Under the pieces are notes generated by a model. The model had not been told where the DNA came from. It saw only the letters and a list, made by a program, of their open reading frames with translations, and searched no databases. The position numbers and the translations under genes are program-made. Shown here piece by piece: positions 1 through 9,964 of a DNA stretch of 64,000 nt. Location: positions 186,001 to 250,000 of the IMG/VR virus record IMGVR_UViG_3300045971_000344; one strand, given 5' to 3'. Position 1 is the stretch's first letter, and every line of letters starts with the position of its first letter.

Positions 1-1358
1 GCAAACCACGTTGCCCAGTTAGTGTCGGTAGCACAGTAAACTGCGGCGACATGACCTGATGGAGGAACAGTATTTACTTTACCTGTAAAGTTATCTACAA
101 TATCAATCCATGGAGTGTAGATAGCTCCATAAGGAGTATCAACTGCGAGTCCACCATACTTGTTATCTCTATAGTCTACCGCATCCGTAGTAGGATCAAA
201 ACGATTACCTTGCTTATCAAAAGGCATGTCCAGAATAACAAAGCAGTCTCCTCTCTTAATGGCGATATCCAGCATGCGCTTCTGTACTGAAGGGAAAGTA
301 ATACCAGCATTAATCAGTAGGTCGAACTTAACTTCTTCACGCTCATAATACAGCTGAAGACCGCTGTTCTTAACAGGCGTAGGTGGATTAGCTATCTGTG
401 AAGGGAATGCGTCTGTACCGTTGTAAATAATAGGCAGATCGGTCATACTAATAGGCGACCCATCTTCCATAGTTGTTCCACTTTCACCATTAGACAGATA
501 AGCCAGGGATGCAGGATCTGTTCCTACAGGCGGTAAATACAGTAAGATATTATCTGAAGGAATCAATGAAGGGACAATTTTATCAGTATTTAGCGCGTTA
601 TTAGCTACCCTGATATACTTGGACTTTCCGTTTATTACTGTCTCCAGAAATTGCTGACGACCATAGCCATCTACCTGCTGGTCACGACTTACTGTCCAAG
701 TCTCTACAGGCCTAGAATTGGCCGCGCTATTTTTAGAGTAAACCAAAATCTGGAAAGTATTTGGATTAGACTTATCCGTGCTGTCTTTTATATTGGCAAC
801 TGCTACCCGATAATTTCCATTATACTTATTAGGATCTGCCCCGTAAATATAAAAGAAGTCTGCGTATTTATCTGGGATCATTATAGGGTGTCCGCCTGCG
901 TCAACCATAGGAACACCACCTGCATCAGTCTGCTGCTTCAAGGTATTGGTCAGACTAAAATCTGTATCGGCAGAGTCCAAGTAAAACATATTTGGATCAT
1001 ACGCGTCTACGTCTTTAGGTGTTGCCCATTGCTTGAATCCCATACCGCCCGAACCTTTGGTTACTGAGATCCCACCAAAACGTGCTCTGTGATGAACCCT
1101 GGTAATCAGGATCTCCTGCATATACAGTAAAGCGGTTAAGACAGTTTGATGCCCAAAACCTAGACTAGCGTCTGGAGTACCAAACAAAGACAGAAACTGA
1201 TTGGGACCATTTGTTATCTTAACAATTTGGTCAACAGGACCTTGATTAGATAACAATACGACCACGCCTTTACTTACTTGTTTTTGGTGTGAAGCAACCC
1301 GAGACCTATCTTCTACCTCGATGTATACTCCAGCTGATGCTTTAACAACTGATGCCAT
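1..1358 (-). CDS. Tail sheath protein (3' end runs off the window)
   Basis: Absent from the ORF track because it is truncated. Manual translation from ATG 1358 (AAGGAG RBS) gives MASVVKASAGVYIEVEDRS...QGPVDQIVKIT...FLSLFG and, later, FDLLINAG...RGDCFVILD...YGAIYTPW...SPSGHVAAVY...WFA. These are typical contractile sheath motifs. Confidence 0.88.
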   Translation of the reverse strand, partial: MASVVKASAGVYIEVEDRSRVASHQKQVSKGVVVLLSNQGPVDQIVKITNGPNQFLSLFGTPDASLGFGHQTVLTALLYMQEILITRVHHRARFGGISVTKGSGGMGFKQWATPKDVDAYDPNMFYLDSADTDFSLTNTLKQQTDAGGVPMVDAGGHPIMIPDKYADFFYIYGADPNKYNGNYRVAVANIKDSTDKSNPNTFQILVYSKNSAANSRPVETWTVSRDQQVDGYGRQQFLETVINGKSKYIRVANNALNTDKIVPSLIPSDNILLYLPPVGTDPASLAYLSNGESGTTMEDGSPISMTDLPIIYNGTDAFPSQIANPPTPVKNSGLQLYYEREEVKFDLLINAGITFPSVQKRMLDIAIKRGDCFVILDMPFDKQGNRFDPTTDAVDYRDNKYGGLAVDTPYGAIYTPWIDIVDNFTGKVNTVPPSGHVAAVYCATDTNWATWF

Positions 1359-1373
1359 AGAAGCTCCTTTCTA

Positions 1374-1700
1374 TTAGATATTATCTTGTTGTACATCTGT
1401 ACTAGAAGTGTTTGGTACATCTTGTGAACCACTCGTCTTACTTTTCTTATTACCGTAAAAAGTAGACGCGGCTGGTGACGCAGCTGGAGCAGAGGTCTCG
1501 ACCTTAGCTACTACGGGTCCATCTTTTAAGATCTTTAGACCTTTCTTAGTAAGGTCAGCCGCAGGGGTAAGAATTGTATCTTCATCAATTGATATTTGCT
1601 GACGACTTAATACTGTTGCGGAATCATGGTCTCCTTGCCGGTTAATAAATTCAATCCTCTGTGCGGTCTGGCCAAAATTTACTACTTTTACATTCGCCAT
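1374..1700 (-). CDS. Hypothetical virion-module protein
   Basis: Start reassigned to ATG 1700 (MANVKVVNFG) behind an AAGGAG RBS; located in the tail operon. Confidence 0.6.
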   Translation of the reverse strand: MANVKVVNFGQTAQRIEFINRQGDHDSATVLSRQQISIDEDTILTPAADLTKKGLKILKDGPVVAKVETSAPAASPAASTFYGNKKSKTSGSQDVPNTSSTDVQQDNI

Positions 1701-1716
1701 AATACGGGTTCTCCTT

Positions 1717-2274
1717 TTAGGGTAGTGAAAGTACAGGCAATCCTTTTGTCTCACCTTTTCTTGTGTATACTAAAATATTTGTATCTATTTTATCCAAGGG
1801 TATAAAGGTAGCACCATTTTCTACAGGTACTCCCATCTCTACCCCACTTAAATTCTTAAGTTTGACCTTATGTTTTTTCCTGTTTAACTGGGTTACGTTT
1901 ATATAGAGGCCTTGATTAAGGATCTTATCGTCTGTACTATACCAAACGGTCGTTATTACGGGTAGTTCTGTTATGGGTACTTTAAGCCAGACACGACCCA
2001 TATCCCCATGATTTATAAACAGACTGTTACAATAAATTTGTGCTGGTTTATCCATATCAATACGCTGAAACTCAATTAGGATAGGCTTCTCTGGTTTTAT
2101 CGCCAAAAAGTCTGTAATTACCCCTAAGTAAGTTCCAACCTGATCTGCAGTGTAAGTAGTACTATAAAAGTTCAGTCCTGTTAGCTTAGACGCGATCTTT
2201 TCATCGCCCACAATTTTGGGCTTATTGGCGTCCGCTATTCGGATAGAAAAATTTGTGGAAATTGATTTTGCCAC
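1717..2274 (-). CDS. Hypothetical structural-module protein
   Basis: GTG start with GAGGAGG RBS, 185 aa, co-oriented within the operon. Confidence 0.65.
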   Translation of the reverse strand: MAKSISTNFSIRIADANKPKIVGDEKIASKLTGLNFYSTTYTADQVGTYLGVITDFLAIKPEKPILIEFQRIDMDKPAQIYCNSLFINHGDMGRVWLKVPITELPVITTVWYSTDDKILNQGLYINVTQLNRKKHKVKLKNLSGVEMGVPVENGATFIPLDKIDTNILVYTRKGETKGLPVLSLP

Positions 2275-3007
2275 TGGCGTCCTCCTCTTCGCTTAAGACG
2301 TAGGAGAATTGTAATTGAGGGTCCAAATTTGCTTCTTCTGTATAAACATTTATCTTTACGTTCTTCACAGTTGGTGCAAAGGTAGTGAAGCCCATCCAAG
2401 ACTGAACCTCGAATCCGCAAGTTAAATGCCCTGTTGCAAAGTCATTTTCTTGGTCAGTGTTGATTCCCATTTCAGGAAAACTTATGTTACCTGTACGTTG
2501 GACCTTTACTTTAGCAAGCTGATCAAACGCCTTTATACCAAAATTGAATGCCCGACTAACGTCAGCCAAAAAGATTGACTGAGTTATACTAAGCATGCGC
2601 TGAATGTCTGAATCTAAAATATTAAGAGTGATATTGAATTTTATAGGAAACAGATAAGACACAGGAACTGCGTTTCCACTAAACTGAGGATTTATTATTC
2701 CTCTACGTGCCGCCGCCCCAGTATTTATTTGGTCCTTTACTAGGTCTAGATCTACAAAGTTCAAGTAACAGTAAGGGTATTTCAAGTTTCCTTTTGTTCT
2801 TTTGAATAACAGCTCTTTAAAACGGTCGGTAAACGCAAACTCTGGTGTGGTCGTACTCTGGACAATGCGGTTAAATGAAGACCTCAACCCGTGGAGGGTA
2901 AGGTTCAACCAGGATATATCTTTTATTGCCTGAATACTATTTGTAGTATATCCTGAAATATCTGTGTTAAATAAAAAGCTTACGTCTTGTTGATCCTGGT
3001 TATCCAT
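2222..3007 (-). CDS. Putative tail completion/neck protein
   Basis: 261 aa, beta-rich (YPYCYL, FPIKFNITLNI), between the capsid and sheath genes. Function inferred from position. Confidence 0.45.
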   Translation of the reverse strand: MDNQDQQDVSFLFNTDISGYTTNSIQAIKDISWLNLTLHGLRSSFNRIVQSTTTPEFAFTDRFKELLFKRTKGNLKYPYCYLNFVDLDLVKDQINTGAAARRGIINPQFSGNAVPVSYLFPIKFNITLNILDSDIQRMLSITQSIFLADVSRAFNFGIKAFDQLAKVKVQRTGNISFPEMGINTDQENDFATGHLTCGFEVQSWMGFTTFAPTVKNVKINVYTEEANLDPQLQFSYVLSEEEDASGKINFHKFFYPNSGRQ

Positions 3008-3010
3008 AGG

Positions 3011-3688
3011 TCACCCTAATAACAACGGTTTTACTGCCTTATGTAATTTCTTCAAGATCTTTTCGTTAATCTTATGGAGCCTGTTTAAGACCCCATTAAC
3101 TACATCTATGAGCTCTGCATCTCGCCCATTCCCCGAAGCTAAATCAGGAAGGATCTTAATCAACTTAGGAATATACTTTTTAGATTCCCAGTCATTAGAT
3201 CTAACCTTTAAAGCTATCATAGCGTTCTTTACGGCCTCGACTAATTCAGAATAAGATAGCGTAGCTACTGAGTGTTCTCTATGGACGTCAGAGGACTCAA
3301 ACTCGCAGACGCAAGGATATGACTCACAGTCCGGACACTCATATTCTTCATCCGGATCGTCTTCAGTTATATCCATAGTAAATTCGTTGGATGCTCTTGT
3401 TTTCTTTATTGTCCTAACCGCGTAGTTCAACTCAGAAACAGACATAGGTCCGTCTGATTCTAAGGAGTCTTCTATAGCTGATAGCACTCTATTAGAGGAG
3501 ATCTGAATATCTGATAGTCTCAGCTCGGAAGAAGAAACCGAAATATTACGGTCATTTTTTATAACGGACTTTATGAAAGTATCATGGTCAGAACAAGAGC
3601 ATGCAGTGGCAAAAAAGCGTGCCGCGGCCTTCATATCGTTAGCCTGGTAGGCTTTTATAGCCAACACCATTAGATTAGATGTAAGCAT
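3011..3688 (-). CDS. Hypothetical head-associated protein
   Basis: Start reassigned to ATG 3688 (GGAG RBS). Contains a CPDC-x3-CVC motif and lies directly downstream of the capsid gene. Confidence 0.6.
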   Translation of the reverse strand: MLTSNLMVLAIKAYQANDMKAAARFFATACSCSDHDTFIKSVIKNDRNISVSSSELRLSDIQISSNRVLSAIEDSLESDGPMSVSELNYAVRTIKKTRASNEFTMDITEDDPDEEYECPDCESYPCVCEFESSDVHREHSVATLSYSELVEAVKNAMIALKVRSNDWESKKYIPKLIKILPDLASGNGRDAELIDVVNGVLNRLHKINEKILKKLHKAVKPLLLG

Positions 3689-3742
3689 GAATGTCTCCAA
3701 TGTATACTTCACGTTAATTTTTATTCTCATTGGTAAATTATG

Positions 3743-3776
3743 AAAAAAGGGAGAGAGAATTAATCCCTCCCCCTTT
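3743..3776 (-). terminator. Intrinsic terminator after the major capsid gene
   Basis: Minus-strand G-rich/C-rich stem (GGGGGAGGGA...TCTCTCTCCC, G-U allowed) followed by a T6 run. Confidence 0.7.
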
Positions 3777-3835
3777 ATCTCAGCTAATATTTACGTTACT
3801 TACGACTAACGTAACCCATTGAAATCATTGAGTTT

Positions 3836-4930
3836 TCATCCCAGCTTTTGGCCTTTAGCAACTGAGCGCGCGTTGGTCAGAATCATGGACAGAGATTCTG
3901 CCAAGAACCAGCCCTTGCTGTTACGGCCCTGGAGTGATCCGTCGATGGGTGTTGACTCAACGCCGCCCCTTGTGGTGTACTGACCATGATTCTGAGGAGC
4001 ACCTACTACGTAGATTTCACCTGGGTTGAGAACCTGCAGTTCAGGTGCACGATAGCCGTCTGTTACGATTCTGAGTCCCAGAAGAATTCCGAGCTCACCG
4101 TTCAGAACGAGGTCGTACTTGCTGACCGGATCAAGCATGCTCTGGAATTCGCTATTGCTAACAATGTCATTCCAGAAGTCCTGTGCGAGCAGACAGGTAG
4201 TTGCAGGGATTTTCCAGTGAGCAACATTGTTCCTAAGTGTAGACAGAGTCGTTGGGCTAAGCTGGCCTGCGATATAGGTGATGTTATTGGCACTACCAAC
4301 AGTACCATCAGCCATTTTCTTCCAGGTAAGGTCTTCCTGAACCATGATGTTCTGCAGACCTTCTGTGTACTTCTCGTCCAGAATGTCGCTCGAGATCTGG
4401 TCGATATCGCGGTTTTCTACTTCAACATTGGCGTTGATGTAGAACTCGGGTGGATAGTAAATGCGCTCACGGACGAGCTGAGGGATGATGTCCGATACCG
4501 AAGTAGCAACCATTGCTACTACGTTGTTTACGCGCATACGGGCGCGTGGAATTTCACCCTGATTGAGCTGCTCTTCAACCATGAGGTTACGAGCAAAACC
4601 TTCACGATAAGCTGCTTCTTCAATCTTTGCGGCAAGTGCAACGCCGAGTTGTCCCCATTTAATGCCAGACTTGTCGTTATACGCTGCGGCGAGAACTTCA
4701 CGATGGAGTTTGCGGTCCTTCTCAGGAACGGACCGTACGATTTCACCACGTGAACTTGCTGTTACCAGTTCAGTGATTTTGCCCAGAAGGTCTTTGTTAG
4801 AGGAAGCGTTAATTTCGCCGTTAGATGCAATAGCTGCCTCACGCGAGGTACCAAGACGAAGGTCTGTAATTTCTGCACCCGAAGCAAGGGTGAATTTTAC
4901 ACCGGCATAGGGATTACGTTTTGACTTCAT
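3836..4930 (-). CDS. Major capsid protein (HK97-like fold inferred)
   Basis: 364 aa with capsid-like motifs (REGFARNL, YYPPEFYI.AN, QIMVQED-type NIMVQED, GELGILLGL.I.TD, LNPGEIYVV). Strong RBS, higher GC than the flanks, a downstream terminator, and a position after scaffold- and decoration-like genes. Confidence 0.82.
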   Translation of the reverse strand: MKSKRNPYAGVKFTLASGAEITDLRLGTSREAAIASNGEINASSNKDLLGKITELVTASSRGEIVRSVPEKDRKLHREVLAAAYNDKSGIKWGQLGVALAAKIEEAAYREGFARNLMVEEQLNQGEIPRARMRVNNVVAMVATSVSDIIPQLVRERIYYPPEFYINANVEVENRDIDQISSDILDEKYTEGLQNIMVQEDLTWKKMADGTVGSANNITYIAGQLSPTTLSTLRNNVAHWKIPATTCLLAQDFWNDIVSNSEFQSMLDPVSKYDLVLNGELGILLGLRIVTDGYRAPELQVLNPGEIYVVGAPQNHGQYTTRGGVESTPIDGSLQGRNSKGWFLAESLSMILTNARSVAKGQKLG

Positions 4931-4984
4931 TCATTTTCTCCTTTTTATTGAGTAATATGGTATATTGTTTTTTATTAACTTGGG

Positions 4985-5725
4985 TTAGGCGCCACTGTAA
5001 GGACCAAAATAGAGCGTCAAGAAAGCACCAAAGAACGAGCCATTAGGCGCGGTAGGAGCTTCAATGATGTTTGCGCCCTTAAGCTCAGTACCACCAGATT
5101 TAAGAGTGAAGATACCATTACCCAGATAAATAGGACCTTCAGTTTGGGTCCAATCATCAGTTACATCAAACTGGTCTGTGGCTACATCACCTTCTACGAT
5201 TACACCAGAAACAGCATAATACTGTGCGGCAGTAAATCCGCCGGCAGGGCCATTGCCCTGGGCATTGATTGCTTCTACAACTGTAGGTACATACTTGTAG
5301 ACGGCTTTGATTGAAACAGGAGCCAAAGCAGTACCAGCATTAGCAGAGTGAAGAGTAACAACACCAGTAGAGGTATTTACGCTGAATTTACCAGCTGCTT
5401 CTGAACCAGCGGCTACAGCCTGAAGGTAAGCCCCATTAACAATGATAGCAACCTGACCAGCTACGAGAGAAATACGAGCCAAGCTGATAGCTGTGCTACC
5501 ATTACCAACAAAGGTTTCTACTGCAGTCATCTGACTAGGAACTGCGACCTGTGAAAGACTCACGCCAGCAAACTTCTCACCAGCTACGCCCTGTGAAGGA
5601 CGTACTTTTGCAGAGCCTGCCTCGTTCACATAAACCAAGGGTACGCCTTCCTGTGCAATGTCATGACCAGTAGCAACATTGCGGTGAAGCGACTTGATGA
5701 TACGGGTTTTCTGAAGTTTAATCAT
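4985..5725 (-). CDS. Putative capsid decoration/stabilising protein
   Basis: 246 aa, Gly/Ala-rich and beta-rich, immediately upstream of the capsid gene. Confidence 0.5.
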   Translation of the reverse strand: MIKLQKTRIIKSLHRNVATGHDIAQEGVPLVYVNEAGSAKVRPSQGVAGEKFAGVSLSQVAVPSQMTAVETFVGNGSTAISLARISLVAGQVAIIVNGAYLQAVAAGSEAAGKFSVNTSTGVVTLHSANAGTALAPVSIKAVYKYVPTVVEAINAQGNGPAGGFTAAQYYAVSGVIVEGDVATDQFDVTDDWTQTEGPIYLGNGIFTLKSGGTELKGANIIEAPTAPNGSFFGAFLTLYFGPYSGA

Positions 5726-5776
5726 TTGATTCTGTCTCCTTTTTAATTTATTAGTTTAAAATCTGCCTAGAGTAAA

Positions 5777-7618
5777 CTAGAGCGATTTAATCGCTGTTTT
5801 AAGAATATTTGAAAAGTCGTTATTGCCGACTACCGAACTCGCTTGTGCTACATTGCCGCTGTTGCGCGAACCAAACATCTTGGAAGAGGCTTCTACTGCG
5901 GTATCTTCCTGCTGTTCCTGATCGTCCACTTCTTCAACTACAGGCTCTTCTACATCTACGTCTTCATCAGCGACAGTGATATAAGAAGTACCGATAATTG
6001 CCTTTGAAAGCTCTACCCGAACTTCCTGAGGTTTAGCATGAAGTTCACAAGCCTTTTCAATCAAGATTCTGGAGTAATCTTCAGCTGTTTCCTTAAACAC
6101 GCGGTCAATTACGCGGTGGGGCTGAGGAATTCCCATTGAAGAAAGTTCTTCCCACATCCGAACCTTAAGGGGATTGATGACCTCACCGAAGAATCCTCGG
6201 TTAATTCCAGCAGCGGCCATACCCATTGAAACCTTAAAATCAGATGCAAGAGTCTTGAGCTTGTTGTCAACTTTGGTCTCTGCGCTAGCAATTTCTGTAG
6301 CAACAGCGCTATTGATAAGTCCTTTAATCGGGGCAGAGATTACGATTGGAGTAAATCCCACTCCATTCAAACCTTTGAGGCCCGAAGAGGCAATAACCTG
6401 CTTTACAACTTTACCAAATGCGTCTGTATGGAAGATGTCTTTGTTCTGACCAGCAGTCTCTACAGTTGCATAGGCTACAGGAAGACCATTAACATTTACC
6501 AGCCAACGCTTTACACCATTCATTGAGGAGCTGTACTCTACATCGCAGTCATCGCCATCCTCAACTTCTGAGCCATTAACGAGATCGATATCAACTGAAC
6601 CTTCATCGTCTACGTAAAAATCTCCGTCCAGGTCTTCACTGTCTTCAAGTTCTTCATCATCAAGTTCATCACCAAGATCAAGATCTTCATCGTCTTCGAG
6701 TGCATCACCTTCTCCAACTTCTACTTCCTCGTCATCAAAGTCCTCGTCTTCATCGAGTTCGTCTCCGGGCTCTAGGTCTTCATCTTCATTCTCTTCATCA
6801 AGTTCATCTCCGTCCAGCTCTTCAAGGTCTTCCTCTTCTTCGTCTAGCTCATCACCAGTCTCAATGTCCTCATCCTCATCGTCTTCATCGAGTTCGTCTC
6901 CGAGCTCTAGGTCTTCATCATCTTCCTCATCCAACTCATCACCTTCAAGATCCTCAAGATCTTCGTCTTCATCAAGATCATCACCAAAGCTTTCCAAATC
7001 CTCGCCGTCATCTTCGTCTTCGTCCAGCTCATCACCCTCAAGATCATCTACAATTTCTTCATCTTCATCAAGTTCATCGCCTTCGATATCTTCAAGCTCT
7101 TCATCTTCATCAAGTTCATCACCATCAAGATCATCTTCAAGCTCTTCATCTTCATCAAGTTCATCGCCTTCGCAATCCTCATCACCTTCACAGTCTTCTT
7201 CGTCCATAGCATCAAATTCTTCGTTAGAAGGAATATCGAGCTCTACGGGCTCATAATCTTCTTCTTCAACTTCGGCCGCACAGAGAATGCAATGCTTAAG
7301 CTTTGTCTCACTGAGAATCGTTTCTTTACAGCAACTGCACTCTGTAGTGTACGCACGGACTCCATTACCTGAACGACCATCACTTGCTGTAGTAAGATTC
7401 AGGTCCTTTGCAAGTACACGAGCATGGTTTACTCCAGTTTTCGGATCCCAAAATTTTACCCCCGGAATCTTGTTTACTGCAAGTACACGCCCATCGTTTG
7501 CCACAATAAGTTGTTTCTTGTGGCCAGCGATTACCTGAACAAACTTCTGTGCTGCAGACTCTAATGATCCCGCAACTGTTACTACGCCAGAAAACCTAAG
7601 TTGCTTGCGTTTTGCCAT
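5777..7618 (-). CDS. Acidic prohead scaffold/core-like protein
   Basis: 613 aa with a ~230 aa D/E tract containing about a dozen GD[ED]LDE repeats and an N-terminal CSCC...CILC motif; upstream of the capsid genes. Confidence 0.6.
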   Translation of the reverse strand: MAKRKQLRFSGVVTVAGSLESAAQKFVQVIAGHKKQLIVANDGRVLAVNKIPGVKFWDPKTGVNHARVLAKDLNLTTASDGRSGNGVRAYTTECSCCKETILSETKLKHCILCAAEVEEEDYEPVELDIPSNEEFDAMDEEDCEGDEDCEGDELDEDEELEDDLDGDELDEDEELEDIEGDELDEDEEIVDDLEGDELDEDEDDGEDLESFGDDLDEDEDLEDLEGDELDEEDDEDLELGDELDEDDEDEDIETGDELDEEEEDLEELDGDELDEENEDEDLEPGDELDEDEDFDDEEVEVGEGDALEDDEDLDLGDELDDEELEDSEDLDGDFYVDDEGSVDIDLVNGSEVEDGDDCDVEYSSSMNGVKRWLVNVNGLPVAYATVETAGQNKDIFHTDAFGKVVKQVIASSGLKGLNGVGFTPIVISAPIKGLINSAVATEIASAETKVDNKLKTLASDFKVSMGMAAAGINRGFFGEVINPLKVRMWEELSSMGIPQPHRVIDRVFKETAEDYSRILIEKACELHAKPQEVRVELSKAIIGTSYITVADEDVDVEEPVVEEVDDQEQQEDTAVEASSKMFGSRNSGNVAQASSVVGNNDFSNILKTAIKSL

Positions 7619-7756
7619 TTGTTTCTCCTTTCACTGGATATAACCTACTTCACTAGGTTTAGTAAAATGTTACAGATATGTTACGACCCACAAAACACGT
7701 TCATTATGTATATAAATTATTAACTTCAAATTTTATATATCTATTTTACCCATATT

Positions 7757-8299
7757 CTACAACCCTTTTAACTCATGGTCAATTAAGAGCAATCCACCTG
7801 GGTTGTCCAAAGCTAATTCTATTCGGTCAATTATGTTTTTTAAGGACGCCTCTTCTTCAATCTGCTCTTTTATAAACGGTTGAAACCAGATAGCAGTAAC
7901 TATATCCATTTGCTGATAGATTTCAGTTAAGCCCTTTGTTCCAAACACCTCAATCTGGAGCGCCGTTAAGAACGCTTCTTTTAAGGTAGATATAGTAATA
8001 GTAAAGCTCTCAATAGTAGGGATTGTAATATTCAACTGTTTATCTCTGAGGTAGTCAATAATGATATGAGCATGAGATCTTTCTTCGGTGCTTCTTTTAG
8101 AAAAGTAAGAAGACGCACCGGTATAACCCATAAGATCGCAATCTAAAGAGAGCTTTAGATACACAAAGCTATTATAGAATTCGGTTCCTATTTGCTTAGT
8201 AAGATCCGCGTAGACCTCAGGTGCTATTGGAGTAACAGATAGTCCTCCACTTCCGCTTGCAGTTAGTACATTTAGTTTAAATGGGTTTGTTTTTGACAT
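7757..8299 (-). CDS. Ferritin (non-haem, FtnA-like)
   Basis: Ferroxidase-centre pattern E(FYNS)...Y...EERSH...QIE...EQIEEE and the C-terminal GLLLIDHEL. Start ATG 8299 chosen by RBS spacing. Confidence 0.85.
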   Translation of the reverse strand: MSKTNPFKLNVLTASGSGGLSVTPIAPEVYADLTKQIGTEFYNSFVYLKLSLDCDLMGYTGASSYFSKRSTEERSHAHIIIDYLRDKQLNITIPTIESFTITISTLKEAFLTALQIEVFGTKGLTEIYQQMDIVTAIWFQPFIKEQIEEEASLKNIIDRIELALDNPGGLLLIDHELKGL

Positions 8300-8304
8300 G
8301 AACA

Positions 8305-8730
8305 CTACTCCTTATCATTTCCAATCAACTTACTTTTATAGAAAATATTGGACAGAATCTTCAAACCTTCATTCAGGGCCTTATTTTTCTTTGCCGCGGA
8401 CACGTTTAACGCTATCTGGAGGAGCTTAAATCTTCTATTAACTTCAATTTTTGGAAGCCTACGAATTGTGTTTAAAACCTGGGTTTCTTGATAAGGCGCT
8501 ATTTTTGTCAAGTCCCTTGGAAGTTCAACTTCTTCTATTATGTCATCAACTGTAGGTATATAATTAATTTTGGTTTTCCAGCAACGGTTAAACTCATCTA
8601 AATGTTGTGCAGTAAAGCTTTTGTTTTGATCCTTAAATTTTTTCTTTATGTATTCAAAAACCTCTTTTTTACTATACTGTAAGTTCTTGTACTCTGCTAC
8701 CTTATCTATCCACTTAGTTCTTGTCTTCAT
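8305..8730 (-). CDS. Hypothetical protein (N-terminal domain shared with 38819 and 44417)
   Basis: 141 aa ORF within the operon. Confidence 0.6.
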   Translation of the reverse strand: MKTRTKWIDKVAEYKNLQYSKKEVFEYIKKKFKDQNKSFTAQHLDEFNRCWKTKINYIPTVDDIIEEVELPRDLTKIAPYQETQVLNTIRRLPKIEVNRRFKLLQIALNVSAAKKNKALNEGLKILSNIFYKSKLIGNDKE

Positions 8731-8736
8731 GGTTAA

Positions 8737-8952
8737 TTACTCCGTTAGAATTCTCCACAGAGGACTATAGTCACCTTTGTGCTTAATAAGCTCTAGCAAA
8801 GCCTCTGCTACATCCAGTTTACCTTCAGCTCTATATAGAACTGGAGCGATAGACGGATTACGTGAGTCCTTTTTACAAAATGCTATAGTTTCTTTTTGCT
8901 CTTTTATTATTTTCTCACAGTCAGTGCGTAGGCGTTTTAACGTGAGGCCCAT
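8737..8952 (-). CDS. Hypothetical protein
   Basis: 71 aa with GAGG RBS; overlaps the upstream gene. Confidence 0.55.
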   Translation of the reverse strand: MGLTLKRLRTDCEKIIKEQKETIAFCKKDSRNPSIAPVLYRAEGKLDVAEALLELIKHKGDYSPLWRILTE

Positions 8953-9242
8953 CTTAAATACCTCATTTCAATAATAGTCTTTTTTAGATAAATACAGTTG
9001 CCCGTACCTAGACAGCCTATATCCGCCATAACCTTTAACTTATTTCGGTCGTCACTTAAGCAGGCTTTGACCTCACAAGTAAAATGGTATAAGATCCACC
9101 CAAATATAGGATCTGGCTTATTGAGAATCAAATAGTTCTTTATCATGTTATCAATTAACTGATAATTTTTTGACTCAATGGCGGTAATAACGTGGTCTAT
9201 TACTATAAGATGTTCTATACCGATATCTTCGGAATTAATCAT
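8937..9242 (-). CDS. Hypothetical protein
   Basis: 101 aa, co-oriented. Confidence 0.55.
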   Translation of the reverse strand: MINSEDIGIEHLIVIDHVITAIESKNYQLIDNMIKNYLILNKPDPIFGWILYHFTCEVKACLSDDRNKLKVMADIGCLGTGNCIYLKKTIIEMRYLRWASR

Positions 9243-9257
9243 AATACTACACTCTCT

Positions 9258-9656
9258 TTATGTTAGAAGAATTTTACTATTCCCTCGCTTATTAGACTTA
9301 TCATACGCAGGATAAACATTCTCACTAACTTTTGACTTCATACCCTTATACTTCTCAAAATCAGAGTGATTGTCCGACCGGCGGACATTTACTGTAATAT
9401 CACTAGGTAGGGGCTTATTATCTTCTTGGTCGAATAAATCTCTAGGTTGTTTTCTACGCTGGTCCTCGTACAAAGCAAGTGTATAATTACAGCAACAGCC
9501 TTTTTCAGAGCCGTTCTTTCTAGAGCTAGTAGATTCATGGACTGGACAAAGTTGTTCCTCCTCTAGCATATCCCTTACCATTTTAGTTGTTGACTCACCA
9601 GATTCATTATAGGTAAAACGTGCATCCGCTACTATAACGAATTTAATGATCTTCAT
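9258..9656 (-). CDS. Hypothetical protein with leader motif and Cys/His cluster
   Basis: Begins MKIIKFVIVADA; contains CPVH...GCCC. Confidence 0.55.
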   Translation of the reverse strand: MKIIKFVIVADARFTYNESGESTTKMVRDMLEEEQLCPVHESTSSRKNGSEKGCCCNYTLALYEDQRRKQPRDLFDQEDNKPLPSDITVNVRRSDNHSDFEKYKGMKSKVSENVYPAYDKSNKRGNSKILLT

Positions 9657-9757
9657 GGGAAGCCCTTATCAATTAAGCATTTTATAACTGTTGCTGACCC
9701 ACATACATAGATCAACCCGCAGGTGATGATAAACATTGACATAGCTCAATCTCCAAT

Positions 9758-9964
9758 TTATAGTAAACCTCTCGAACTGAACTTCACATTCTTTCTCGCA
9801 TCTTCTAAAAGAGCCTCATGCTCTAATCCCTGGGTTTCATCAATCTCGGGCTTTATTTTTATTCTTAAATCTGGTGCAGTTAGTAACGCAGGGCTTTTAG
9901 CCGTAGGGAAAGCACGTGGTTTATCAAGGCTCCTATTTGCGATTGTAACCGCTTTGATCTTCAT
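9758..9964 (-). CDS. Hypothetical small protein with leader motif
   Basis: Begins MKIKAVTIAN; GGAG RBS; ATGA overlap with the glycosyltransferase stop. Confidence 0.55.
   Translation of the reverse strand: MKIKAVTIANRSLDKPRAFPTAKSPALLTAPDLRIKIKPEIDETQGLEHEALLEDARKNVKFSSRGLL

Noticed and set aside
651-7538. Plus-strand ORFs opposite the sheath, capsid and acidic genes (e.g. 3986-4753 and the poly-Ser 6864-7256)
   Set aside because: These are antisense shadows produced by codon bias and D/E repeats in the real minus-strand genes.
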